Assembly: GCA_965267575.1 (NCBI GenBank)
Contig: OZ254086.1
Span: forward strand, 1,152,001 to 1,216,000
Reading direction: 5' to 3'
DNA from: Calditrichales bacterium
GTDB taxonomy: Bacteria > Calditrichota > Calditrichia > Calditrichales > J004
Length of the DNA stretch: 64,000 bases
The notes under the pieces were generated by a model. The model was not told the DNA's origin and made no database searches. It saw only the letters and a program-made list of their open reading frames with translations. This document shows positions 8,755 through 18,217 of the stretch, one piece after another. Numbering within the stretch: position 1 is the stretch's first letter; each line of letters opens with the position of its first letter. Both the position numbers and the translations under genes were made by a program.

Positions 8755-11181
8755 ATGCGTTCACTAATAATAATTTTTATTACGATTGCTTTTGCCGCCG
8801 CCGGCCAGCCCTGGCTGTTGCCGCTGCGTGACAGCCAAAACGAAAAAACCTACCGTCCGGCTCCGGCTGAAAAATATCCCTCCTGGCAGGCACGCATCGA
8901 TGCCACCTGGGGCGACGGACTGGCCACCGCCTACAAACTGCAGATTTTTGATACCTGGTACGAAAGCGTTCAAAAAAGATATGCCGGATTTAACGGCGTC
9001 GATGCTGACCTGGGCAGCCTACACGATCAATACCGCTCGGAAATTGAAAACGGTGTCAGCCGCGGACGCTTCGCCGCCATCATGAACCACATGAGCCTGC
9101 CGCTGCTGGAAATGCACCAGCTTATTCTTGATGAAGACATATACAACACGGCCCTGGCCCCGGAGATGCCTCTGTTTGTAATCGGTGGCGCGGGAAATGT
9201 GACCCATGCCGGCGCGGCGGTTACGCAGATCGCCGACGACCGCCTGGTATTTCACGCCGTAGCAAATGATCACCCGCTGGGACTGCAAGTTGGCGATATT
9301 TTTATCGGGTATGACGGAAAGCCTTGGGCGCAGTTGCTGCAAGAGCTCGAACAGGCACAGCTTCCCGTCACCAGTTTTGACATTCTATCCAGCCACGCCG
9401 ACGGCATGCGCTACAAAAAACTGACCGCCGGGCCGCTGAACTGGCATCTTTTCTCCGAGATGCAGGTCATCAAAAAGGACGAAAGCGAAATAACCACGCT
9501 GGACCTGGCGCCCATGTACAACGCGCCGTTGCCGGCCATGTTTGCCACCGAGCAGATCGCGCCGCCGGGGATTCCGCCACCGGGCGGAAACCTGTCAGTT
9601 GCCTTTCCGGAAGAGCGTCTCAGTTACGGCATCATCGAGGGTACGGATATCGGCTATATTTGCGTCTGGGACTGGGCCAACGATGCCTCTTCGCTGAACA
9701 CGGCCTTTGCCGATGCTGCCCGCTACGTGATGCATGAAAACGAAACTTCCGGCCTGATCGTTGATTTCCGCTATAACCGCGGCGGCCTGCCCGAACGCGC
9801 GGCAGGCGGCTTCAACGTGCTGTTCAGCAGCGATTTCTGCGGCCTGGGCACGCTGCGCCGCACTTCAGAAAACGACATCAATGCGCTGTCTGAATACAGC
9901 AGCTGCTTTTCCTATTACGATACACTGGATGTGGACCGCTATATCTACGATAAACCGATCGCTGTGCTTGTAGGTCCCAACTGCGCCAGTGCCGGAGATT
10001 TTAACGCCCTGCGCCTGAGCCGGCACTCCAATGCACGTGTTTTTGGCCGTCCCTCGGCCGGCGCCTTCATCGGGGAAAGTGAATTCCTGACCTTTGATTT
10101 TGCCGAAGAGTGGCAGGGTCGCAACGTAATTGAAAACACCTTTCTTGCCGGGCAGCCACAGCAGCCGCTGATGCATAATGGCCTACAGCCGGATGAAAAT
10201 ATCTGGCTGACCTACGAGGCGATTATTGCCGGGGAAGACAATGTTATTCAGCGGGCGATGGATTGGATCGCCGGGCGCATGCATATTTACAACGCGGTTG
10301 TTGCCAACCCCAACCTGAACGAAGAGATCGATCCCGTGCAGACGAGCGCAAGCCTTTACAATCCTCAGCAGCACAATGTGAGCGTCAGCGCGGAGATAAA
10401 AACGTGGTTGGGACAGCCCGTATCGCAGACCACGCTTGACGCCGCGGGCAACCGCTTTGAAGGCACCTTCCCCGCCATGCCAAACGAAGACATTTACACA
10501 ATCAGCTATACTGTAAATGACCACGACGCCGATACCAGCTATACGCTACGCGACGCCACTTTCTTTACCACAAAAGGCCCGCTTGTTTTTGCCATTGATG
10601 AGGTGGTGGAAAAAAGCGAGACGCAGTTTCATTTTTGGTACTCGCTGACCAACATAGGTTCCACGGCCATCAGCGATGTGGAGACCTGGATTATAGCGCC
10701 CGATTCCAACGTGACCAAGCGCATGGGCAAGCGGCAGGATTTCCCCTACATCGGGCCGGGCGAAACGGTGCGCAGTCCGCGGCTTGTGCGGATTGTTTAC
10801 AAGAAAAATGAAAACCCCGATTATTACCCCAGGCTGGTTGCTGAAAGCTCCTCCCACAATTACATCCTGTGGAAAAGCGATGTTGTCTCATCGCTGGATG
10901 AAACGCCCGCCGCGCCGCATACTTTCAGTTTACAGCAGAATTATCCCAACCCTTTTAACCCCGTCACACAGATTGTTTACAGCCTGCCGCGCAAGTCACA
11001 TGTTTCACTGAAACTGTACGACAGCAGCGGCCGCCTGGTCCGCACCTTGCTGGATGCCTCCAAACCGGCCGGGGAGCACCGTTACCGGCTTAATGCCTCG
11101 CACTTGGCCAGCGGCGTGTACTACTACCGCCTGGATGCAGCCGGCCACAGCCAAACGCGCAAGATGGTACTAATCAAATAA
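8755..11181 (+). CDS. Secreted S41-family serine peptidase with sorting domain
   Basis: IGYI, LIVDFRYNRGG, KPIAVLVGPNCASAGD and GRPSAGA motifs; NYPNPFNP C-terminal domain. Confidence 0.85.
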   Translation: MRSLIIIFITIAFAAAGQPWLLPLRDSQNEKTYRPAPAEKYPSWQARIDATWGDGLATAYKLQIFDTWYESVQKRYAGFNGVDADLGSLHDQYRSEIENGVSRGRFAAIMNHMSLPLLEMHQLILDEDIYNTALAPEMPLFVIGGAGNVTHAGAAVTQIADDRLVFHAVANDHPLGLQVGDIFIGYDGKPWAQLLQELEQAQLPVTSFDILSSHADGMRYKKLTAGPLNWHLFSEMQVIKKDESEITTLDLAPMYNAPLPAMFATEQIAPPGIPPPGGNLSVAFPEERLSYGIIEGTDIGYICVWDWANDASSLNTAFADAARYVMHENETSGLIVDFRYNRGGLPERAAGGFNVLFSSDFCGLGTLRRTSENDINALSEYSSCFSYYDTLDVDRYIYDKPIAVLVGPNCASAGDFNALRLSRHSNARVFGRPSAGAFIGESEFLTFDFAEEWQGRNVIENTFLAGQPQQPLMHNGLQPDENIWLTYEAIIAGEDNVIQRAMDWIAGRMHIYNAVVANPNLNEEIDPVQTSASLYNPQQHNVSVSAEIKTWLGQPVSQTTLDAAGNRFEGTFPAMPNEDIYTISYTVNDHDADTSYTLRDATFFTTKGPLVFAIDEVVEKSETQFHFWYSLTNIGSTAISDVETWIIAPDSNVTKRMGKRQDFPYIGPGETVRSPRLVRIVYKKNENPDYYPRLVAESSSHNYILWKSDVVSSLDETPAAPHTFSLQQNYPNPFNPVTQIVYSLPRKSHVSLKLYDSSGRLVRTLLDASKPAGEHRYRLNASHLASGVYYYRLDAAGHSQTRKMVLIK

Positions 11182-11255
11182 AAACCGGCAACGATCCTAT
11201 TATTTGTAATGGGCTGCCTTTAGTAGGCTATTACGCGCAACACAAATAATTTTTA

Positions 11256-11283
11256 TTGCTTCCCATTCCGGCAGTTGTATATT
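11256..11283 (+). promoter_or_regulatory. Candidate sigma70 promoter of cassette 1 (identical copy at 14661-14688)
   Basis: TTGCTT-N16-TATATT, in the duplicated spacer upstream of gene A. Confidence 0.5.
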
Positions 11284-11348
11284 TATTATCAGAAAAGTAT
11301 TTATCTAAATAGTAAAGCTATTGAAAGGCCTATAATTTTAGGGGAGGT

Positions 11349-12874
11349 ATGAAAGCTTTAATATACATTATAATTGTTTATATTGCACTAAGCTTCGCAC
11401 AAGAAGAAAACCCGCAATATCCAACTGCGGAATTAGGCTGTCAAACAACTCACTTTGGAGCAAATCAAACGATAAAATTTGTAATAGAACCACTTGGGTC
11501 TATCTACTGTACGGACTTAAATAACGATTGTAATCTTTTAATTTCCTCACCTATTCAAACAGATTTCGAAGTAATTTTTTCAGGAAATAGTTATACAGAT
11601 CCACAAACCGGATTTCAAATATTATCACACTGTGGCGTAGACCCTATTAACATTGATTTAGACAAGGGTTGGATTTTTCATGGACTATTTGAAGTAAATA
11701 TCTATGTAGATGGAGAAAATACTACCACCTTTTTTTTTGATAACAGAGATGACTCATTCGTAGTTTCAAGGTGTAACAATCCTGGTAACTGTAATGGAAA
11801 CGACATTACGTTAAGACTAGTAAATACACAAAATGGACCAAAGCTTTGGATTAATAAAAATGGTATTACAGGAGATTATTCTAGGGAACAACCTGGATGG
11901 ATTAGTTTGGAAGAGTTTGGACCAGTGCTCACCTTTTGGGAATTAAAAGATTGTACAAGCAAAAATATGGAAAACTTCCCTATTAGACCGTTTAGTATAT
12001 TAAACATAATTGAGGACAACGATCATCCATATTTAACTTGGACCCAACCCAAAAACTACCAGCATGATGTAGACTATTACTCTGTTGAACTAGCACACGA
12101 ATCTAATTTTACGCAGATTGGAACAACAAGTGACAACTATTACACAGATCTGTCAAAACTTTGGAGCCAACACGACGATCCTGAATATTTTCGATATCGT
12201 ATTGTTACGCGATTTAAAAACGGCGCCCTAATGAATATTCAAATATTTTTGAACTTAAAAGGGGCGAATTTATCTTGGAAGAAATTGAACGCGTTAGTGG
12301 AAGTCCTCTCTTAAGATGGAACGCACCGGTATTCTCGTACCCGACTTTAAAGTATGAAGTATACAGAAAAATCAATGATAATAACTTTCTTAAAATTAAA
12401 ACCATAAATGATCGATATACGAGTAGCTATCATGATATTGAAATGTATTGGGATCAAAGCGGTGACGGTCATGAAGTAAAATATAAGGTTAAAGCCATTC
12501 CAAATGATGATGCTTTTTCTATAATAGAATCTAATATTCGTTCAATTTATATGGGAAAAATCTTTTTTGCCAAACCAACGCAGCCCGTTTTTTCAAGTCA
12601 TGATGAGGAGGCGCTAAATTTTTGGAGCTACCCCAATCCGTTTAACCCCAGTACCACAATAGAATATGAAATAAAAGAGGCTTCAAATGTCTTAGTGGAG
12701 TTATATGACAATAATGGTAAACTCGTTAATGAAGTTTCGCGTAGTTTCAAGATAACCGGAACACACAGGCAGGTAATAACGGGTCATGACCTGGCCAATG
12801 GAATATACTTTCTAAAAATAACTCTTATTGAAAAAAGGATATCCAAAACAATGAAAATTGTTCTTTTAAAATAG
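11349..12874 (+). CDS. Cassette gene A1: secreted Cys-rich protein with two FN3-like domains and sorting domain; split by an apparent 1-nt deletion near 12226-12228
   Basis: ORFs 11349-12314 and 12275-12874 join into one reading (..RFKNGAP[N]EYSNIFELKRGEFILEE..) if CCC is CCCC. RBS GGAGG, signal peptide, YPNPFNPST tail. AT-rich. Confidence 0.8.
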
Positions 12875-12882
12875 GAGATGAA

Positions 12883-14586
12883 ATGGATATTTTTAGAAAA
12901 TTTTGTATTGTTTTTTTTGTGCCAATTAGCCTTGTGGCACAAGGTCTGAATTGGTATATCATCGATGTAAATAATGTTAGACTTCCGTTTAATAACGAAG
13001 GCAGCATAGGCCCTTGGGCGGCAAATCCTCCTTTATTAAATAATCAGTATAAAGGATTTGATCTGATTTCCAGCGGTGGTTTTTTTCTAAGTGGCAAAAG
13101 CCGTGACAGCCTGTGGGCAAACGGCAGATGTCTTTACATGAAAAATAGAAATGAACACTATAAATCAGGACTAATTTCGAATACTAGCTTAGATGATTCT
13201 TTATTGTTTGTTTTAAGATCGTCTGACGAACCTTTTTCCTCAAATTGGCAAAATTGGCGCGAAGCGGTCAAACTGGGTGCGTACTTTTATGATGGCGATG
13301 GTGACGGGGTTTATGACCCTGTAGACAGAAACAGTAACGGACAGTGGGATGAGAATGAAGACAGGCCGGATCTGCTCGGTGATATAACGTTGTGGTCTGT
13401 CTATCACCAGTTTCAAAGCTTTTACAGCAATACTGTCTGGGGTATTGAACTGCGCCAAACGGCTTTCGCCTGGGCCGGTGACAGCACCAAGGCAGATGGC
13501 AACACTATTTTTGTACGTTACGAACTATCCAACACCGGCGCTCAAAGCGATGTATTGGATTCTGTATATTTTGGCCCGACGCTGGACATCGATGTCGGTT
13601 ATCATGAAGACGACCTTTCGGGCTGCGATCCTGAAGAGCAAAGGGTTTTTACATATAATGAAGGAGATGACATCTATTTTGGGACTAAGCCGGCCGTACT
13701 GATGATGGATTTGTTACAGGGGCCGCAGTCCTACATTCCGGGCGAAACCTATGTGGATAATAATGGCAACGGCTTATTTGACAGGGATATTGATACGCCA
13801 TTAAAAGAGACGCAGTTGAAAGGCGGTCCGCAGCGGGGCTTGATAAGCAGGCCAGGCAGCGCTCCAATGAAAGCACGGGCAGTAACAGTACTCGTTGACT
13901 CAGATCCTCGAATTGGCGATCCTAGTACAAAAGAAGAAATCAATTATTACCTGAAAGGCGGCTTATGGAGGAATGGCGACTCCATTGATGTGGCCACCTG
14001 GCCTCTCGGAAACGGGTCAACTTTGGGAAGCGCGGCGGATACAATTGATCCTCGTTTCATGTATTCCGGTGATCCGGTTAGCGGAGAAGGCTGGTTAAAT
14101 AACGTCGCCAGTGACACAAGGGTAATGATCTCAGCCGGCCCGTTCAGGCTAGAAAAGGGCAATCCTGTTGAGGTTATCGTCGCTTATACCGTGGGTCATG
14201 GCGACGGCCCCATAAACAGCATAAGTGCCGCCCGCGTTTTTAACGACGCTATTCAGCAGGCCTACGAAAGCAATTTTACAAACATGCCCACGTCCATTGA
14301 AGCCGCTAAGCCAAAGTCTGCCCACACAATGGAACTATATCAAAATTATCCCAACCCGTTCAACCCTTCCACCACAATTGTGTACGAATTGCCCCGTCGC
14401 CAGCATGTTACAATCATCCTGTTTGACAATACCGGGCGCAAAGTGGCCACTCTGATTGACGCTCCACAAAACCAGGGCCGTCACGTGTTGGACTTTAACG
14501 CCGCGCACCTGGCCAGCGGCGTCTACTACTACCGCCTGGATGCAGGCGGCCATAGCCAAACGCGCAAGATGGTACTAATAAAATAA
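12883..14586 (+). CDS. Cassette gene B1: secreted protein of unknown function with Dx[DN]xDG calcium-binding-like motifs and sorting domain
   Basis: Signal peptide; FYDGDGDGVYDPVDRNSNGQWD and VDNNGNG; NYPNPFNPST tail. Confidence 0.85.
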   Translation: MDIFRKFCIVFFVPISLVAQGLNWYIIDVNNVRLPFNNEGSIGPWAANPPLLNNQYKGFDLISSGGFFLSGKSRDSLWANGRCLYMKNRNEHYKSGLISNTSLDDSLLFVLRSSDEPFSSNWQNWREAVKLGAYFYDGDGDGVYDPVDRNSNGQWDENEDRPDLLGDITLWSVYHQFQSFYSNTVWGIELRQTAFAWAGDSTKADGNTIFVRYELSNTGAQSDVLDSVYFGPTLDIDVGYHEDDLSGCDPEEQRVFTYNEGDDIYFGTKPAVLMMDLLQGPQSYIPGETYVDNNGNGLFDRDIDTPLKETQLKGGPQRGLISRPGSAPMKARAVTVLVDSDPRIGDPSTKEEINYYLKGGLWRNGDSIDVATWPLGNGSTLGSAADTIDPRFMYSGDPVSGEGWLNNVASDTRVMISAGPFRLEKGNPVEVIVAYTVGHGDGPINSISAARVFNDAIQQAYESNFTNMPTSIEAAKPKSAHTMELYQNYPNPFNPSTTIVYELPRRQHVTIILFDNTGRKVATLIDAPQNQGRHVLDFNAAHLASGVYYYRLDAGGHSQTRKMVLIK

Positions 14587-14732
14587 AAACCGGCAACGAT
14601 CCTATTATTTGTAATGGGCTGCCTTTAGTAGGCTATTACGCGCAACACAAATAATTTATATTGCTTCCCATTCCGGCAGTTGTATATTTATTATCAGAAA
14701 AGTATTTATCTAAACAAGTAAGGACTGTCGAT

Positions 14733-16245
14733 ATGAAAACCATAGTATTGTTTATGATGCTTTTGGGAGGCTTTAGTATTGCACAAGAAGAAAGTCCACA
14801 ATACACAAATGCTGAACTGGGTTGTCAAACAACCGGTTTTTCTGCAGGGCAAACCATCACCTATGAACTGATACCCCTTGGAACGATCTTTTGCAGGGAT
14901 ATAAATAATCGTTGCAATATGAATAAAGCAACACCAACAAATACAGACTTTTTGGTTCAACTTTCCGGAAATAAGTATGAAGAGGCGTCATATGGTTTTC
15001 AAATTATTCCAGACTGCGCCACAAACCCCGTTAACCCCTCGCTTGACGAGGGGATTATGTTTCATGGTTTATTTAAAATAATAGTAAAAATAGATGGCAT
15101 TGTAAAAGCGACTTTTTTTTATGATAATCGCGATGATTCATTTGTTACTGCCGCTTGTGGAAATCCCGGCAATTGTAACGGAAATGATATTACAATCAGG
15201 ATGGAAGGTACGAATGCCCATATTCATCCAAACGGTAAAGTTCGTGACTTGGAAAGAACTGATCCTGATTGGAAACCGCTAGACAAACATGGCGGCATAA
15301 TTAACTTTTGGGAAGTCAAAGACTGTATTAGTCGAAACGTATCAAACTTTACGACAAGACCTTTCAGCGTTTTAAATATAGAAGAATACAATAACCATCC
15401 TCATTTGACCTGGACTTCTCCTCAAAATTATAATTATGAAGTTGATTATTATATCATAGAAAGGGCGTATGAATCAAGTTATAACCAAATTGGTACTACA
15501 AGTGGTCAAGCTTATATAGATGAAACCAAAACCTGGAATGAATACGAAGACTACGAATATTTTCGATATCGCGTAGTTACTCGATTTAAAAATGGTGCTC
15601 CCGATGAATATTCAAATATTTTTGAACTTAAAAGGCGAATTTATCCTGGAAGAAATTGAACGCGTGAGTGGAAGCCCCCTCTTAAACTGGAATGCACCGG
15701 TGTTCTCGCACCCGACTTTAAAGTATGAAGTATACAGAAAAATCAATGATAATAACTTTCTTAAAATTAAAACGATAAATGATCAATATACGAGTAGCTA
15801 TCATGATATTGAAATGTATTGGGATCAAAGCGGTGACGATCATGAAGTAAAATATAAGGTAAAAGCCATTCCAAATGATGAGGCTTTTTATAGTATAGAA
15901 TCCAATATTCAGTCAATTTATATGGGGAAGATATTCTTTTCTAAACCATCACATCCCTTTTTTTCCAGAAATGATAAACAGGCTATAGATTTTAAGAGCT
16001 ACCCTAATCCATTTAATCCTATTACAACAATTGAATATGAAATAATAGAGGATTCAAATATCGCAATCGAACTGTTTGATAATACCGGAAAGCTCGTTAA
16101 GGAGATTTCACATGGTTTCAAACAGGCAGGAGTATATAAGCAAGTAATCACGGGTCATGACCTGGCAAATGGAATCTACTTCCTAAAAATAACTCTTATG
16201 GAAAAAGGAACATCTAAAACGTTAAAACTTATTGTATTGAAATAG
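14733..16245 (+). CDS. Cassette gene A2 (paralog of A1); split by an apparent indel near 15630-15635
   Basis: ORFs 14733-15659 and 15592-16245 join if AAAAGG reads AAAAGGGG as in copy 1. Same 7 Cys positions as A1. Confidence 0.8.
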
Positions 16246-16256
16246 GAGGACGAATA

Positions 16257-17972
16257 ATGAAAAGCCTGGTCCTTTTTATATTGCTAATTATTTCGCCCTT
16301 GACAGTTATGGCTCAGGATTCTACGTGGCAGGTGATGGATGTTAATAAATTTAAACTTTCTTTTGACAACGAAGGGGGGATGGGACCCTGGGCTACCCCG
16401 CAATGGTATGACAGCCAATACAACGGATTTGATTTAATTTATAGCGGTGGATTTTGTATTAGCGGAAAAACAGAAGATAGCTTGTGGGCGAACGGAAGGG
16501 GTGGTTATATCCGCTATGGAAGCTATCTTTCAGATAGTCACTACAGGCCCGGCGTTATTGATAACTCACCCGGTTACAACGATACAGCGTTGTTTGTACT
16601 GCGATCATCGGATGCGGCTTTTTCGGAAAGCTGGCAAAATTGGCGCGAAGCGGTCAAACTGGGTGCGTACTTTTATGATGGCGATGGTGACGGGGTTTAT
16701 GATCCTGTAGACAGAAACAGTAACGGACAGTGGGATGAAAATGAAGACAGGCCGGATCTGCTCGGTGATATAACGTTGTGGTCTGTCTATCACCAGTTTC
16801 AAAGCTTTTACAGCAATACTGTCTGGGGTATCGAACTGCGCCAAACGGCTTTCGCCTGGGCCGGTGACAGCATCAAGGCGGATGGCAACACTATTTTTGT
16901 CCGTTACGAATTATCCAATACCGGCGCTCAAAGCGATATATTGGATTCTGTATATTTTGGCCCGACGCTGGACATCGATATCGGTTATCATGAAGACGAC
17001 CTTTCGGGCTGCGATCCTGAAGAGCAAAGGGTTTTTACATATAATGAAGGAGATGACATCTATTTTGGGACTAAGCCGGCCGTACTGATGATGGATTTGT
17101 TACAGGGCCCCCAGACATACATTCCGGGCGAAACCTATGTGGATAATAATGGCAACGATTTATTTGACCTGGATGTTGACACACCATTAAAAGAAGCGCA
17201 GTTGAAAGGCGGTCCGCAGCGGGGCTTGATAAGCAGGCCCGGCAGCGCTCCAATGAAAGTACGGGCAGTAACGGCGTTTTTAGATAATCATCCACAAATT
17301 GGTGATTTATTTACAAAAGAAGAAATTGACCATTACTTGAAAGGTGGGCTATTGAGACATGGCGACTCTATTGATGTAGCTAACTGGGGTCTCGGAAACG
17401 GGTCAACTTTGGGAAGCGCGGCGGATACAATTGATCCTCGTTTCATGTATTCCGGTGATCCTGTAAGCGGAGAAGGCTGGTTAAATAACGTCGCCAGTGA
17501 CACAAGGGTAATGATCTCAGCCGGCCCGTTCAGGCTAGAAAAGGGCAATCCTGTTGAGGTTATCGTCGCTTATACCGTGGGTCATGGCGACGGCCCCATA
17601 AACAGCATAAGTGCCGCCCGCGTTTTTAACGACGCTATTCAGCAGGCCTACGAAAGCAATTTTACAAACATGCCCACGTCCATTGAAGCCGCTAAGCCAA
17701 AGTCTGCCCACACAATGGAACTATATCAAAATTATCCCAACCCGTTCAACCCTTCCACCACAATTGTGTACGAATTGCCCCGTCGCCAGCATGTTACAAT
17801 CATCCTGTTTGACAATACCGGGCGCAAAGTGGCCACTCTGATTGACGCTTTAAAAAACCAGGGTCGTCACGTGCTGGAGTTTAGTGCCGCGCACCTGGCC
17901 AGCGGCGTCTACTACTACCGCCTGGATGCAGGCGGCCACAGCCAAACGCGCAAGATGGTATTGTTGAAGTAA
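16257..17972 (+). CDS. Cassette gene B2 (paralog of B1)
   Basis: RBS GGAGG. Near-identical to B1 apart from the N-terminal ~120 aa and one internal patch. Confidence 0.85.
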   Translation: MKSLVLFILLIISPLTVMAQDSTWQVMDVNKFKLSFDNEGGMGPWATPQWYDSQYNGFDLIYSGGFCISGKTEDSLWANGRGGYIRYGSYLSDSHYRPGVIDNSPGYNDTALFVLRSSDAAFSESWQNWREAVKLGAYFYDGDGDGVYDPVDRNSNGQWDENEDRPDLLGDITLWSVYHQFQSFYSNTVWGIELRQTAFAWAGDSIKADGNTIFVRYELSNTGAQSDILDSVYFGPTLDIDIGYHEDDLSGCDPEEQRVFTYNEGDDIYFGTKPAVLMMDLLQGPQTYIPGETYVDNNGNDLFDLDVDTPLKEAQLKGGPQRGLISRPGSAPMKVRAVTAFLDNHPQIGDLFTKEEIDHYLKGGLLRHGDSIDVANWGLGNGSTLGSAADTIDPRFMYSGDPVSGEGWLNNVASDTRVMISAGPFRLEKGNPVEVIVAYTVGHGDGPINSISAARVFNDAIQQAYESNFTNMPTSIEAAKPKSAHTMELYQNYPNPFNPSTTIVYELPRRQHVTIILFDNTGRKVATLIDALKNQGRHVLEFSAAHLASGVYYYRLDAGGHSQTRKMVLLK

Positions 17973-18006
17973 GCCTAAGGATTATAAAAACCTGGCCAAA
18001 ATCATA

Positions 18007-18131
18007 AGATCCCGGTGTGGCTAAGTCGCCAACCGGGATGACATTCTTAACTCATTTCCCATCATCCTGAACTTGTTTCAGGATCTTTTTTCCCCCGCCT
18101 GTGATAGATGCTGAAACAAGTTCAGCATGAC
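18007..18131. repeat. REP-like palindromes with AGAT...ATGAC ends (family II)
   Basis: AGATCCCGG...CCGGGATGAC (18007-18042). Inverted pair TCATCCTGAACTTGTTTCAGGATCT (18062-18086) / AGATGCTGAAACAAGTTCAGCATGAC (18106-18131). Related copies at 38710-38769 and 49885-49919. Confidence 0.8.
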
Positions 18132-18217
18132 GACCGGGCAAAAATTCTTCGTTGCCTCGCTGCCCTTTGGCCTGTATCTTCCCGAACTTTTATTTTTAAC
18201 CATCCGGAGTATTTGTC

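Larger units (their letters stand above)
11090..17972 (+). repeat. Tandem array of two ~3.4-kb cassettes (promoter + gene A + gene B) bounded by three copies of a sorting-domain 3' end
   Basis: 11101-11309 is near-identical to 14506-14714 (offset 3405). 13246-14575 is near-identical to 16632-17960 (offset 3386) apart from one variable patch. A third copy of the sorting-domain tail lies at 17892-17960. Confidence 0.95.

Noticed and set aside
11182-11290. Integron attC site in the cassette spacer
   Set aside because: No convincing RYYYAAC...GTTRRRY box pair and no integron integrase in the window.
12214-15660. Conserved programmed ribosomal frameshift in gene A
   Set aside because: The two copies need shifts in different directions (-1 vs +1) at different sites, so there is no shared slippery mechanism.
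13885-17390. Diversity-generating retroelement TR/VR pair in the B variable patch
   Set aside because: Differences are not adenine-specific, many are synonymous, and no reverse transcriptase is present.
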